Positions 14,176-36,254 of a stretch of 64,000 nucleotides of DNA are shown here, piece by piece. The stretch is from Lytechinus pictus (taxonomy: Eukaryota), in contig NC_087248.1 of NCBI RefSeq assembly GCF_037042905.1, positions 20,770,001 through 20,834,000 of the forward strand, given 5' to 3'. Within the stretch, counting starts at the first letter, position 1, and each line of letters opens with the position of its first letter. The translations under genes were made by a program, and so were the position numbers. The notes below the pieces were generated by a model. The model saw only the letters and a program-made list of their open reading frames with translations, ran no database searches and had not been told where the DNA came from.

Positions 14176-17100
14176 TCAACCATCTCCGAAAAATTGAATG
14201 AACTTGGCAGGAAACCTGACATGGCGACCAGAACGGGTCTTACGAATTTCGGGAGGCATGTGCTTGTCATCAGAATCCACTGCCAAGTCCGTGGAGTTGG
14301 ATTGTTGATGAACTTGGTCAGGTGGATCTTGATGATGAAATGGAGTGGTAGCCTCCTGCTCGATGAAAGCCGGTTTCAGCCTGTCGACACTGACATTTTC
14401 ATGTTTACCATTATAATCAATGGTAAAATACTTGTCAGTGCGACGGATGACTCGGAAGGGTCCTCTGTATGGAGGCTGCAGTGGCTTTTTAACAGCATCA
14501 TCTCTTAGAAAGATGTGAGATGAAGAATGCAGTTCAGGATGTACCTGCGTTCGAGTGTGCTGTTCTCGAGTAGGAGTGGGATGTAATTCTCGCATCATTC
14601 TCTTTAGTCTGTGGGCATAGTTAGATGGGTCATCGGCAGAATCAATTTGTGAAGGAGCTACAAACTGTGCAGGTAGAGTGACAGTAGTCCCAAACACAAG
14701 TTCCGCTGCAGAGCATCCAATGTCCGCCTTGATTGCTGTGCGTATACCCAGCAAGACTAAAGGGAGTGACTCAGTCCAACGGACCTTGTTATGAGCTTTG
14801 AGAGAGGCTTTAAGTTGGCGATGAAAACGCTCCACTAAACCATTTGCGGCAGGATGGTATGCTGTTGTACGGATGCGTTTAGTGCCAAGGAGGTTGGTGA
14901 GTGAAAGGAAAAGTGCTGACTCAAATTGCCTACCTCTGTCTGTTGTGATGGTAGTAGGTGCGCCAAACACTGCTACCCATCTGGCCACAAATGCTCGCGC
15001 TACCGTCTCCGCAGTGATGTCGGGGATAGGGATAGCTTCTGGCCATCTGGTGTAGCGATCAACACAAGTAAGAAGATAATTGTTACCCTCTGATGAAGGA
15101 AGCGGGCCAACAAGATCAATGTGCACATGAGAGAAGCGTGCATCAGGTGAAGTGAAAGTACCAAGTGGTGCTTTGGTGTGCCGATGTACTTTACACTTTT
15201 GACATTCGAGGCATGTTTTGGCCCATTTTCTGACATCAGCGTTGATGCTAGGCCAAACAAAGCGCTCTGTAATGAGCTTTTGAGTAGCTCTGATTCCTGG
15301 ATGAGAAAGTCCATGAAGGGAATCAAAAATAGCTCTTCTATGTTTGACTGGTACCAAAGGCCTGGCAGTACCAGTTGATATATCGCACAGAATGGTAGTG
15401 GTAGAACCTGGGAGAGCAATTGACTTGAATTGAAGTGAGGAGTCTTTCACCTCAGTTTCATCTTCCTGATCTTTTGCGATGGCCGCAAAGTCTATGATTG
15501 AGGAAGAATCAACTCTGTCAATATACAGACGAGAGAGGGCGTCTGCTGCTGTGTTCTCCTTACCTGAAATGTGCTGTATATCAGAAGTGAACTGAGAAAT
15601 GAAATCGAGTTGTCGGATTTCACGTGGCGAATGCCTATCCGGTTTCGATTTGAGTGCATGGGTAAGAGGTTTGTGGTCAGTGTAGATAGTAAATGACCTA
15701 CCTTCAAGAAGATGGCGAAAGTGCTTGATACCCAGATATGCTGCAAGCAACTCCCTACCAAAAGTGCTGTATTTGGTTTCAGCGGGTTGTAACCTCTTAG
15801 AGAAGAAAGCCAGAGGTTGCCACACTCCATCTACTCGTTGTTGGATAGCTCCCCCAACTCCTACGTCAGAAGCGTCGACTAGTAGGCACAAGGGAACATC
15901 AGTGCGAGGGTGCACAAGAACAGTAGAGTTAGCCAATTGATCTTTAGCATGATTGAAAGCAAGAAGCTCTTTCTCTCCAAGATCAATTGGCATGTTCCTT
16001 TTTGTTCTGTTTTTCAACAGATCAGTCAGTGGTTGCAGCACCTCTGCACAACGAGGAATGAATCGCCTGTAGAAGTTTATCAATCCCAGGAATTCTCGAA
16101 GTTTGGTGAGTGACGTAGGTGCGGGAAAATCACGGATGATTTTCACTTTGTCGCTAAGAGGGCGGATTCCGGTGTTGTCCACCATATGTCCGAGGAAAGA
16201 TAGCGATGAAGCACCAAACTGACATTTCGAGGGATTGACGATGATGCCATACTCCTGCAGGCGATCAAATAGTTGACGGAGATGTGTCTCATGTTCATCT
16301 TGAGAGGAACTGGCTACCAGTATATCATCCAGATAAACATAGACAAATGGAAGGCCGCGAATGACGGTGTCCATCAATCGCTGGAATGTTTGTGCTGCAT
16401 TCCTAAGGCCGAATGGCATTCGAACGAATTCGAATAAGCCGAATGGAGTGGTCACGGCAGTCTTGTGAATGTCGCTAGGCTCGACTGGGATCTGATGATA
16501 TGCCCTAACGAGATCAATTTTGGAAAAAATTGTCTTACCTGCAAGAGTTGAAGAGAAATCTTGCAAGTGTGGGATAGGGTATCGATCCGGGACCGTGCGA
16601 GCGTTGAGCAAGCGATAATCACCACAAGGCCGCCAGTCCCCTGGCGTCTTCTTGGGAACCATGTGCAATGGACTTGACCAGTTGCTCTCAGATTGTCGGA
16701 TAATGCCAAGTTCAAGCATGTGCTCAAACTCTGCCTGGGCAATTCTCTGACGATCTGGAGCAAGACGACGAGGGCGCGCTGCCGCGGGCGGGCCTCGAGT
16801 TGGGATGTGATGCGTGGTAGTATGTTTCACTCCTGAGTGCTTGTAAACCGGTCGTGTGATATCCGGATATTGACGGAGAATGGAGTGAAACCGCTCCGAT
16901 GAGTCGTGTTGAACATACATCGGGCTAATAGTACCTGTATATGAACCACATCCCTGGACTGTAAGAGTGGTTGTGGTGTCTATCAATCGGCGGTGTTTGA
17001 TATCCACCAACAGTCCGAACTGGTCAAGAAAATCGGCACCCAAAATCGGCGTGGGTATATCTGTCACAACAAATATCCAGCGGAAAACACGCCGTAAACC

Positions 17101-17349
17101 GAGATCAAGTGTGAAAGACTTTTGTCCGAAAGTCTTGATTGGTGATCGATTTACAGCCTGTAGTTGGATATTTGTCGCGTCAACCCTAGCCGGTTTTCCC
17201 AATTTTGAATGAGGGAAAATGCTCACCTCAGCACCTGTGTCGACGAGATAGCGCGTACCAGTGTACTTATCGTTGACAAAGAAAAGGCGACTGGGTTGGG
17301 TGCTGCCAAGGGGGTTAGTCGCCGCTATTCCTTGGCGGGGTCGTTTCCC
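14176..17349 (-). CDS. pol: Pol polyprotein (aspartic protease, RT, RNase H, integrase), entered by a -1 frameshift from gag
   Basis: Protease [11 protein letters not shown] motifs [31 protein letters not shown]. RNase H DASD...TDH. Integrase HHCC (HGLSHPG...CLEC), DLVGP, TTDRG, VERFH, GPF. No stops over about 1060 codons. Confidence 0.95.
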   Translation of the reverse strand, partial: GKRPRQGIAATNPLGSTQPSRLFFVNDKYTGTRYLVDTGAEVSIFPHSKLGKPARVDATNIQLQAVNRSPIKTFGQKSFTLDLGLRRVFRWIFVVTDIPTPILGADFLDQFGLLVDIKHRRLIDTTTTLTVQGCGSYTGTISPMYVQHDSSERFHSILRQYPDITRPVYKHSGVKHTTTHHIPTRGPPAAARPRRLAPDRQRIAQAEFEHMLELGIIRQSESNWSSPLHMVPKKTPGDWRPCGDYRLLNARTVPDRYPIPHLQDFSSTLAGKTIFSKIDLVRAYHQIPVEPSDIHKTAVTTPFGLFEFVRMPFGLRNAAQTFQRLMDTVIRGLPFVYVYLDDILVASSSQDEHETHLRQLFDRLQEYGIIVNPSKCQFGASSLSFLGHMVDNTGIRPLSDKVKIIRDFPAPTSLTKLREFLGLINFYRRFIPRCAEVLQPLTDLLKNRTKRNMPIDLGEKELLAFNHAKDQLANSTVLVHPRTDVPLCLLVDASDVGVGGAIQQRVDGVWQPLAFFSKRLQPAETKYSTFGRELLAAYLGIKHFRHLLEGRSFTIYTDHKPLTHALKSKPDRHSPREIRQLDFISQFTSDIQHISGKENTAADALSRLYIDRVDSSSIIDFAAIAKDQEDETEVKDSSLQFKSIALPGSTTTILCDISTGTARPLVPVKHRRAIFDSLHGLSHPGIRATQKLITERFVWPSINADVRKWAKTCLECQKCKVHRHTKAPLGTFTSPDARFSHVHIDLVGPLPSSEGNNYLLTCVDRYTRWPEAIPIPDITAETVARAFVARWVAVFGAPTTITTDRGRQFESALFLSLTNLLGTKRIRTTAYHPAANGLVERFHRQLKASLKAHNKVRWTESLPLVLLGIRTAIKADIGCSAAELVFGTTVTLPAQFVAPSQIDSADDPSNYAHRLKRMMRELHPTPTREQHTRTQVHPELHSSSHIFLRDDAVKKPLQPPYRGPFRVIRRTDKYFTIDYNGKHENVSVDRLKPAFIEQEATTPFHHQDPPDQVHQQSNSTDLAVDSDDKHMPPEIRKTRSGRHVRFPAKFIQFFGDG
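17286..17349 (-). promoter_or_regulatory. -1 programmed ribosomal frameshift signal: G GGA AAC slippery heptamer plus predicted H-type pseudoknot
   Basis: Minus strand reads GGGAAAC-GACCCC-GCCAAGG-AATAGC-GGCGACT-AACCC-CCTTGGC-AGCACCCAACCC-AGTCGCC. The heptamer is in the gag frame and pol is in the -1 frame. Confidence 0.85.
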
Positions 17350-17654
17350 TGGGCCTGTCTTGCTGAGAAAGAGCAAGGACTAATGCACTTTTGAGCACTG
17401 CTCCCATATTTCCAGTGATACCAGCACTGGGCACCTGCATGCTGTTCACTGCGATGCGGGCTGCGCGAAACTGATTGTGGGCGCTTAATCGAGTCCTTCG
17501 ACTTGCGCTGTCGACTACGAGTCCATCTCTGGTTTTCCAGCATGGAGCAGGTTAATGCTTGAACCTGCATTGTGAGCTGGTCAACCTGAGCGGAGAGTTG
17601 GTCGATTGGAGAAAGGAAAGATTCAGGAGTAGAAGAAACATTAGGGATAGTCAT
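17325..17654 (-). CDS. gag: truncated Gag (109 aa): nucleocapsid region with CHCC zinc knuckle; capsid domain absent
   Basis: CAACATG start about 120 nt after the PBS; basic RS-rich stretch followed by [18 protein letters not shown]. Confidence 0.85.
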   Translation of the reverse strand: MTIPNVSSTPESFLSPIDQLSAQVDQLTMQVQALTCSMLENQRWTRSRQRKSKDSIKRPQSVSRSPHRSEQHAGAQCWYHWKYGSSAQKCISPCSFSARQAQGNDPAKE

Positions 17655-17773
17655 GTTGTAGGGTTAAGAAAAATTGAGGAGTAGAAAGGAAACAAAAATA
17701 GTTAAGTGAGAAGCAAGAATAGCGAAGTGAGAGAAATGAATAAAGGGCGATAAAAGAAAATTAAGGATTCAGG

Positions 17774-17791
17774 ATCACGTCGGGGTCACCA
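17774..17791 (-). other. primer-binding site complementary to the tRNA-Trp 3' end (TGGTGACCCCGACGTGAT)
   Basis: 18-nt sequence 1 nt inside the 5' LTR boundary; I recognise it as the tRNA-Trp PBS of avian retroviruses. Confidence 0.93.
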
Positions 17792-17792
17792 G

Positions 17793-18669
17793 TTTAGGAA
17801 ATTGGCAAAGCCGATCTCCTAATATTTATATAAAAGTTAGATCCTACCTTAATTCTTGCTCGCCAGATGATAGAATGGGATCCAGCCGCTCAGAATCTCA
17901 GATAAATTGCACAAATCCGTGAATAGAAATATATACACTTCACAATTTCAAATAGAGTAGAAAAGGGGACAGATGTCACAAAATGTCTCGCGAAGTAATG
18001 AGCTCATTAAATATGCAGAGAATATAGACTTCGAAGGAGTGGAAGTGACGGTAAGAAATAAGATTGGAAAATGCAGAGAAATAATTAAGTATAAGTTGAT
18101 CCTCCACAAGATTTGATTCAATCCTCACTAGCAGCTGGATGAGATGGTCAGCATGAGTGGACAGGACGAAGGCAGAGAGTAGAGTCATGATGTGGTAGAG
18201 AAGACAAGTTGTTTTTACCAACATCAGAAAAGATGAGACAAAGAAATAAGCGCCAAAAAGAGGGGCAAAACAAAGTTGAAAAGAACAAAGAAGAGAGAAG
18301 CAGACTGTGAGAAAAGCAAATATGCCAGCATCTCTGTAGTGATGTTGTATATACCTGCAAGTTCATTGCAATAAACAAGGAACAATGAAAGGATGTTTGC
18401 TCCAAGTCTAGGAACAAAAGAAAGGTTGTTTCTCAATATAAGAATGTGTTTGCCAAGTAGATCTGGGCAGGAAATGAATTGCCTTGTTCTGTGAATGTAG
18501 AGTATTGTGGTACATACACATGGCGTGAACAAGTGAGAATATATGAAATTGGAAATAAAAGAAAGAATTTATATACATATACAGAATGTAGAAATATAAA
18601 TGAAAATATATACAAGGAAAGAATATATAGATGTAGATATATATAAAGAGATATAGTCAAGTCACTACA
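17793..18669 (-). repeat. 5' LTR (877 bp)
   Basis: Direct repeat of 13168-14044, followed on the - strand by the PBS. Confidence 0.95.
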
Positions 18670-18865
18670 AATTCTTTGGTAGCCAATCATAATATCAGAA
18701 TCAGTGAACAATAATACCTATAAAACAAGAATGACGGGATGATTCGGCAGATAACAAATGCTCAAGCTGTTTCAAAGGCTAACAAAAACTGTTTCCTCAG
18801 ACTAACTCTGCACGAGGTCGGGTCAGAGTTCCTAGAGCTCGGATTGTTTGCCGACGATGGCCGGA

Positions 18866-18961
18866 TCGTCCTTGGCAACGACCAACAGACAAACCTTAGC
18901 AACGAACGCTTTTCCAAATATCCTGGCCAATCAGAACCCGGTGATGGTGGTGGGTATATAA
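18866..18961 (+). promoter_or_regulatory. proximal promoter of alpha-tubulin gene B (X-box-like, CCAAT, TATA)
   Basis: TCGTCCTTGGCAAC at 18866-18879; CCAAT at 18927-18931; TATATAA at 18955-18961; ATG at 19096. Confidence 0.75.
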
Positions 18962-19095
18962 GCTCGGACGCGGCCGTGGTTACGGCAGTTCATTTCTCAA
19001 CACCAAACCCTTAACTTGGAAAGAGAAGTACTGGTTATTTTGCTGTGATCTATCATTTTTCATCTCAAGTTCTAACTTCACAAAAGTCTGCAAAC

Positions 19096-22462
<3,367 letters not shown>

Positions 22463-22844
22463 ACATTCCATCAACCATTCTACAACTCTGTTTCCTACTA
22501 GATTGAACAATCAAACCAACTCTCAAATATAAACTCATTATTATGCAAGCTGATCGTAAACACCTTGATCCGTCGGTTATCAAGAACATTTCATTACTTT
22601 CGTGCCAAATAAAATAAGAGACACCAAAATTTAAAGTTTATTTATTAACAGTAAATGCTTTCGTGAGATTTTGAAATAAAAAAAAATATGAATAAATTCA
22701 CATTTTGAAGATTTCTTTCTTTAGAGATTGTCATGCCAATCCATATTTTTTAAGGGTATTTAAACGAAATGTTGTTTGGAGACGCCTGAAAATCGGCATC
22801 ACACTATTATCATGATTATGTTACACTTCAAATATCAGAAACTA

Positions 22845-23325
22845 AGATGATGGTGATAAAGATGATGATGACATCGATGAAGATTATTTTGGTGACGATG
22901 ATGGTTGTGGTATTTTGATGTGTGATTGTAATGAATGTAAAAAAGGAAGATGAGGGGGAGAAGAAGAAGGAAAATGAAAAGAATAAGAAGAGGAGGAATA
23001 AGAGGAAGAAGAAGAAAGAGGATGAAAATAATACAAACAGAAAAAAAAGGAGAAGAAGGAACAGAAGAGGAAGAAGAAGAAGAGAATGGGAGGAGAAGAT
23101 GGTGACGAAGGTAAAGAAGAAAAAGAAGAAGACATGGAAGAAGAAAGAGGAAGAAAAGAATATGAAAAGAAGGAGGAGAAGAAAAAAGAGAACAGGAAGA
23201 TAGAGAAGAAGAAGACCGAGGAGGAGGTGGAGGCAAAGAATACAAAAAGGAGGAGGAGGAGAAGAAGAAGAAGAAAGAGAAGATGAAGATGAGAAAATGA
23301 CGTTGTTGGTGATAATGATTGTGAC
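22845..23325. repeat. low-complexity (GAT)n then purine-rich (GAA/GAG)n tract
   Basis: Visible trinucleotide-derived sequence; the ORFs across it are poly-K/E/R or poly-F/S/L. Confidence 0.9.
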
Positions 23326-24612
23326 AGCAATTAATAGCTGCCAGTCATGAGTGGTCATTAGCTGAAACTTTTAATTCGATTGCCCAGCGAAAGGACTCCG
23401 GTTGTTTTGCAGGTTTATTACTATAAAGGCCAATCTGATATATTAATAACACAACTTAGGCATCTGTCTAATTAATGTTAAATTAATAGTGAATTACCAA
23501 AATACAAAGAGTCTTATTGCAGGAATTAAGCATGCTCTTGATGTTTTTGTTTTATTAGGCCTACCCCAAAACACACGGAGCATGAAAAGCTCCGCTTATA
23601 CACTTTAAACTGGATTTATATTACACACAAAAAATCTGACCCCGGCCATGGCCGCACACCGGATTTTTTTGCGGGGGGGGGGGGACAGGACGCATGATTT
23701 TTTTTGGAAAAACTCGAAACTGAGGGAGCGAGCTTTTCTCAAAATCCTCCCCTCCCCCGCTGCGTACGGACATGACTCGGGCCACCGCTGTACTTTCTTG
23801 TGCTTGTCTTCCCATACTCCATATCCATGAATCTACTATAATAAGCGGTCTTTTTCTTTAATTTTTCTTATCATCATTAGGTTCAATGTATTAGACTCAT
23901 TTGCTCATTTTGTTCGCATTACAATTTATTCAGTTATTCATTCACTATTCAATTTGTTCACATTTTATCTTTATTCACACGTTTGATATTATCCCAGTAG
24001 AACATCGTCGATGTCATTAAGTAGGAATATTTCTCATGAGGGATATCTTATTTACAAGCTGTGCTTCTTTGGGGTCCCAAACCTGTCATTTGTTTTAGTT
24101 CTTTATAATGTAACCATTTATTTTGTTTGTATTTTGTTCTCCTTTGACTGGTTTGAATAAATTCAATTCAATTCAATTCAATATATTTATTCATTCATAT
24201 GATGTTTTCTTTATAAAAAGCAGGGTAGTCTGAGGCCTGCTTTACAAGGCAGCCCTGCTATCATTCACAATTCGACGATTGTTCCCCCCCCACCCCCGGC
24301 CCACACCGGGCCCACACCCCTTTTCTTGAAACTCACACTAACCTGCATATGATTGTACTCTAGAAATTTACACTTAAAATATGACGCATACTCCTTGTTT
24401 GCGCTCGCCGATGACAAGGGCGCGGAAATGTAGTTTGATTAATCGAAACTGTATACCAAATCAATTAAGAATTGATGCGGTATACTGTTTCTGAAATAGA
24501 CCATTCTCAAGTCTATATTATGACGAAATGATACAAAACATACAGGCCTTAGGCCACAAATGAAACTTAATTATGGAACATTATTGAATTATAACATATT
24601 TGGTATTTAAAC

Positions 24613-24705
24613 ATCTCCAATAGCAACGGGGTCTATTTTTAAGCCCCTCGAAAGACTAGGAAATGTTAAATGCATCCACCCACTGTACATCAGCTGGTAT
24701 ATAAA
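24613..24705 (+). promoter_or_regulatory. proximal promoter of gene C (X-box-like overlapping CCAAT; TATA)
   Basis: ATCTCCAATAGCAAC at 24613-24627; TATATAAA at 24698-24705; ATG at 24828. Confidence 0.72.
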
Positions 24706-24827
24706 CCCACGCTAACCAACTACGGTTTCATTCATTTGGTTGCTGACGACACATCACCGCCGTGAGCAAGCCTGTGATCAACCGATTGTTACTCTTTTAT
24801 ACATACAGAAACAAGAAAAACTCCAAC

Positions 24828-30940
<6,113 letters not shown>

Positions 30941-31347
30941 CTGCATACTCACCCGTTGCCCATTTTGTCAGTGTAATGTAATATCCTACACAACCAAATG
31001 ATTTTTAAGATTAAACCATAGGCCTACCTATTAGGAAAAATGCGATTTTCGCCCTCAAATCGGGAGAGAAAACTTATTAAAAACAATCCGAATTAAACAC
31101 TTTTTAATCATTTCTAAGGACCCATGTAAATGTAAGAATACTAGGGACATTGCGATTTCATAAGTTCTGAATTTTTAAGTCCATTATTATGAAAGGATGA
31201 AATTTGTGGAATCACTGTGTAGGTAGTCCTGAAAAAGATGTGTTCTCTCTTTCGGTAACACTTTGGGCAAAATAATTTTTCAATTGTTCTTTAACTTGTT
31301 GACCGGATTGGCAACTGCATTCTCTTTCAGGAAAACTTACCCGTGTT

Positions 31348-31678
31348 CAGGGGCGGAAATCTCTCCCAAAAGGTAGGGGGGACAAGGGGCTGGAAAATTT
31401 GACAAGCAAAAAAAAAAAAAAAAAGTTATCACCCCAAATTCAAGGTCATTTCGAAAAAATTAATTTGACAAGCAAAAAAAAAAAAAAAAAAGGCTATCAT
31501 CCCAAAAGTAAGGTCATCTCGTCCTAAAATACATGTTTTATTTCGATTTTGAATGATGTATTTCTTACCATCATAAAAGACCACAAATAGTAGGGGGGAC
31601 ATTTGATATTGTGTCCCCCCTACTATTTTGAGTAGGGGGGACACGTCCCCCCTGTCCCCCCTGGGATTTCCGCCCATG
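31348..31678. mobile_element. hAT-like non-autonomous element (CAGGGGCGGAAATC TIR, 8-bp TSD), copy 1
   Basis: TSD CCCGTGTT at 31340-31347 and 31679-31686; homologue at about 39655-39911. Confidence 0.88.
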
Positions 31679-31933
31679 CCCGTGTTTCTGCAAAAGGCAC
31701 CTTCATATTCATGCAATACTTCAAAAGCAACAACAGTAAAACATTCCGGATTTCTCCAAGTAAAATTACTTCTCTAATTATCCATGACTTCAAAGAAAAT
31801 ATGAGAATAAAATTGACCAATTTATTTCTCTAAATCATTGTTTCTGATGTTTTTTAGGGAGACTGAGTGATTGCCCAAAGTGTGGAAAGGTGCTGATGGA
31901 ACTCTTTGAAAATATAAAGAATGAGAGAGATCA

Positions 31934-32092
31934 GGGGAGTGTTTCATCAACATTTTCATCTGACAAGTTGTCAGATCTGACATCTTTCTCTGATGTTGAT
32001 TGGCTGAGAGGTACTGTTACTATGGTAACTGTCGGATAAAATGGGACTTGTCGGATAAAACGTCCGACAAGTCCTTTCATGAAACGCTCCCC
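31934..32092. mobile_element. about 160-bp MITE (GGGGAGYGTTTCAT TIR) carrying ATTGG and an X-box palindrome, copy 1
   Basis: GGGGAGTGTTTCATCAA...TTCATGAAACGCTCCCC. Homologue at about 44092-44250; related-TIR elements at about 32141-32292 and 40520-40653. Confidence 0.8.
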
Positions 32093-32449
32093 AGGGGAAT
32101 AGGATGCTGCTAGATTACGCAAAGATTGAGATGCAGAACTGGGGAATGTTTCACGAAGCATTTTGTCAGTGATCCCCCCCCCCAAAAAAAAAAAAAAAAT
32201 TAGTTCTGAGCCAATCAGATGCAAGGATTTCAGTAGCTTTTAACAAATAGCCATTGAAAAATCACGGATTAATTTGTCCATGAAATGCTCCCTAGATGCC
32301 ATAATGGTCGTGGTGGATGACACGGTTGACGATCATGTCGATGGTTATGCCGATGATAATAGGATAAACCAATTAGCGACGTTTATTGCGATGATGTTAA
32401 TGTATGAAGACTCCTGATATTTATGTGGAGGATGACGAAACCTACTATA

Positions 32450-33270
32450 CAGTGCGTCCCACAAAAAAACGAAACCGAGATTTATCGACGATTTGTCATA
32501 ACTTAATCACAAATACAACAAATGACCTACCATTGTAAAGCTTAGAATCTCCTTTTTCACCTGAAATTACTTACATTATTTCTCATTCACGCATGAGCGA
32601 GAAAAAAAATTTGAAGAGGGATTACCAAAATGTCATTTGGCGGGCTGTATCTGGGTTTCAAAAAGAAAACCACATTTTTTTAATGTCAATATCTGCTCTT
32701 TAATTTGATACCTCAATTACAGAAAATGGTCAAGAAATAACAAAGGTCTGGTTATTTTAAATAAGGCTTGAATTTCAATAATTTCATAAAATGAAGAGGT
32801 TTTACAGGCTAGCGTTCAAACTCTCTCGACACTCCGTTTTGTTGACGATCAGCCATGCATTAAGTCTTTTGTTAACCATGCGATAGCTTCTGTGGGAAAC
32901 CAGTGAAAACACGTTTAATTATTATTAATGAAATTATGGGAATACAAGCATTGTTTTGAAGGAACATAACTTATTTACTTCTTGACCATTTTTTGTGATT
33001 AAGGTATCAAATAAAAGAGCAGATATTGAACTTTTTAGGCATGTGATTTTGTTTTGGAAATTCAGATACCCCCCGCCAAATGAGTTTTTGGTATCCTTTC
33101 TTCAAATTGTTTTTGCTCACTCATGCGTGAATGAGGAATAATCTAAGTAATATCAGATGAAAGAGGAGATTTTAAGCTTTACATTGGTAGGTCATTTGTC
33201 TTGTATTTGTGATTAAGTTATGATAAATCATCGCTTAATCTCGGTTTCTTTTTTTTTCTGGGACGCACTG
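32450..33270. mobile_element. Tc1/mariner-like foldback MITE (CAGTGCGTCCCA TIR, TA TSD)
   Basis: TA at 32448-32449 and 33271-33272; inverted repeats extend more than 300 bp inward. Confidence 0.88.
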
Positions 33271-33279
33271 TATATAAGA

Positions 33280-33775
33280 ATGATGCTTGTGAATATGTTA
33301 GTGGTAATGATGTAATCATGTTGAAGTTGAGGGGGATGATGATGCTGAAGTTGATGATGATGATGATGATGAAGAAGAAGATGATGATGGTAATGATAAT
33401 GCTGATGTTGATGCCAGTGTTGATTTTTGTGGTAATGCTCATGTTAGTATCATTGATGATGGAAATAGTGATGGTGGTGGCGAGGGTGGAGATGTGTCCG
33501 TGATGGTTTTTTATGGTGATGATGGTAATGGCGGTGTTAGTATCAGTGTCTATGATAATAATGAATGTGGTAGTGATAGGAAAGATTCTGCGACTGCTGC
33601 TGCTGATGATGAGGAAGATGATGATAATGCTGGCCCTCGTTTTTATGGTGATTATGGAATGAATCGTGATATTAATCATGTTCACGTTAGTTTTGGTTTT
33701 AATTATAATGTTGAAAGTGGTGATGAGGAGGAGGATGATGATGATAAAGATTTTATGGTGGGTGAGATGATTATG
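33280..33775. repeat. (GAT)n-derived low-complexity tract
   Basis: Degenerate GAT/GGT repeats, continuing similar sequence at about 32300-32440 that was split by the MITE. Confidence 0.85.
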
Positions 33776-34273
33776 GCAGGGGGCGCGTATACCGGGGGAC
33801 TGAGGCCCCCCTTTTTTAATAATCGTGTACAAAACGTAAAATGACCATCAAGATTGTGATTTTCTATTTGTCGATTTGTCCCGCTTTAATTTGGACAATA
33901 AAAAAGGAAGAAGATTGTCAATAAAAAATGAAGGTCATTTCGTATACCACGTACGATTTTACCAGAACAAAAAAATAGGTTGTCAATGAAAAATTTAGGT
34001 AATTTTGTCCCACGTACGGTTTGACAAGCAAAAAAAAAAGGTCCATTCAAAAAATTGCCTGTGATTCTCAAAGGGGGGGGGGGAGGCACACTTGTGTATG
34101 AACGACATATTTACATTAAAAATATTGACTATTACTCTCAAAAAGGGGTAAGATTGGTAAGATTTCAGGTATGGGTTGATAACCATGGTAACACTTTTTT
34201 TATTAACCACACAATGAATTAGTTAGAAAATTTGTACTTGACTTGGATAGGCCTATTAATTACCCTCATTATA

Positions 34274-35573
34274 CAGTGCATATAAAAAACGGGACAGTTT
34301 TGAAAAGTCTATAAAAAATTTGTTTCAAAATATTATATCTATATTTTGATGTTAATAGATGCTCTGAAATCTTATCTTTAAAATGCAATTTAAAAAAATA
34401 AATTTTGTTCATGCTTGCGCCAGAATAGCAGAAATGAGTAATATGCTGATCAGCAGACTTCCTCTTAACCTTTTCATTATCTGTGCCATAATTTTCGAAT
34501 TATGCTGTCAAATTTTATTTACTTGAATTATTGTTATTTTTTTATTTAAACTTCTTTTACCTTATGAATTTTCCTTCATAAATAAGAAAAGAAGACTTTT
34601 TGTCAACCGTATCAAGAAGATTTGCATTATTAAATGGGAAAACTGGTAATTATTCAAATCCTTTTATTATACGAAACAAATCATGTTATGGTACCTTAAA
34701 AGACATGAATCCATTTTTCAAGGGGTTATTGATTCCTTGACCAAGTTTAATTATATGCTTGACAGGACAAACAAGAAGGGATTCATATCTTTCAATAGCA
34801 ATGGTGTATTGAGTCAATTTTGAAGTAGCTAGATATGGCAGATCGGGTAAAATGTATTATAAAGTTATGAGAGAGCGAAGCGAGCACGCAAATATTCCCA
34901 CTTTTTTATTACAATATCAAATTTTGTGATAGATTTTGACATGATATTCAGAAAATAAAATCATATTCTACTTTCTATCTTTCCTTTTATTTCCTTTCCA
35001 TTCTTCTTTCTTGGTCATTATTTTTTTTAATTGAGGGGGGGGGGGGAACATCCCCGAGCCCCCGCCCATCTGTATGGCACTGTTCAAAAGGCAACATAAC
35101 CTTTGTAGCACACAATGAAAGGATTTGAAACAAATACACGCTCTCCCATACTTCGGTTGAAAAAATTTGTTTTTGCTTGAAGAATAAGGAATATTCAAAG
35201 CTAAAAGAGAACATATTAAAAAGAAATAACAAACAATTCAAGCAAATAAATATATTTGAAAATGAATTTTGAACGCATAATTTGAAAATTATGGCAATGA
35301 TAATAAAAAGGTTAAGAGGAAGTCTGCTGATTAGCAAGAAGTCAGATCATCATATTTTTTTATCATTTTATGCCAGTTTGGAGCAAGCCTCCTTTTTAGC
35401 TCCAGACAAAAACATTCCGTGTTCGCTCAAGCATGAACGAACTACATTAAAAAAAATAAAATTTGAAAGATAAGACTTCAGAGCACCTATTAACACCAAA
35501 ATATAGACATAATAATTTGAAACAAAAAAATTATAGACTATTCAAATATGTCCCGTTTTTTTTATACGCACTG
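34274..35573. mobile_element. Tc1/mariner-like MITE (CAGTGCRTAT TIR, TA TSD) with a probable nested insert
   Basis: TA-CAGTGCATATAAAAAACGGGACA...TGTCCCGTTTTTTTTATACGCACTG-TA; about 200-bp imperfect TIRs. Confidence 0.82.
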
Positions 35574-36254
35574 TAGTTGTATATGGTCAAGATGATTTTT
35601 GTCATTCAAATTATAAACTGAACCATCTCAATGCTGATGATGATATATTCATTTCAAATTATTATTTCAATTAAAAAACAAAGAATATGGTACATTAATC
35701 TTCATCTAAAAATTATTTGGGCATGTAAACAAAGAGGGCTACATAATTAAATGTAGTCCTTTAGCTTGTTTCCCCCCGATGGCTACAACAGTTTGCTCCA
35801 AAAAGCTTCCTTGTAAAAACCAACATAGCAGTGGGTCCTCACAAACTCCCCTACCCATCGCCAATCAGCTCAGCCCATTATCCATCTCAGCTTTCGGTCA
35901 GTGGTCAAACCATAGCTCTATGGTCACTGGCTCCAAATATGAAGCATGTTGACTGAAAGGCACATGCTGAAACAGGGTATCAGCCAACAAAAATCAAGAC
36001 CGGGAAACTGTTCCGTCTTTGGGTGATCAGATACGCCTTGGTAGTCATGGTAACTGCTATTGTTACAACACCTGTATGTTCTCATTAAGATGCTCATAAC
36101 CAGGCGACGGTGACTATCATTGGACCTAACACCAAACATGGAGCTATAGCACTATGCACCAAAGAAATGCTTGCATCAATCGTCCATCTCTAGCTCTCTT
36201 CATAGGGCAATGATATGTCTGTATGTGTAAACGGACAGGGCCACCGTACCAGGG

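Larger units (their letters stand above)
13168..18669 (-). mobile_element. Ty3/gypsy LTR retrotransposon, CsRn1/Kabuki/Boudicca-type, full length with truncated gag
   Basis: 877-bp LTRs at 13168-14044 and 17793-18669, apparently identical. TSD AATT at 13164-13167 and 18670-18673. tRNA-Trp PBS, PPT, CHCC Gag motif, domain order PR-RT-RH-IN with a GPF motif. Confidence 0.96.

Noticed and set aside
22828-23358. Low-complexity ORFs (also 11194-11418, 33218-33844, 47110-47529, 61043-61483)
   Set aside because: Translations of trinucleotide-derived repeats with no splice or domain evidence.
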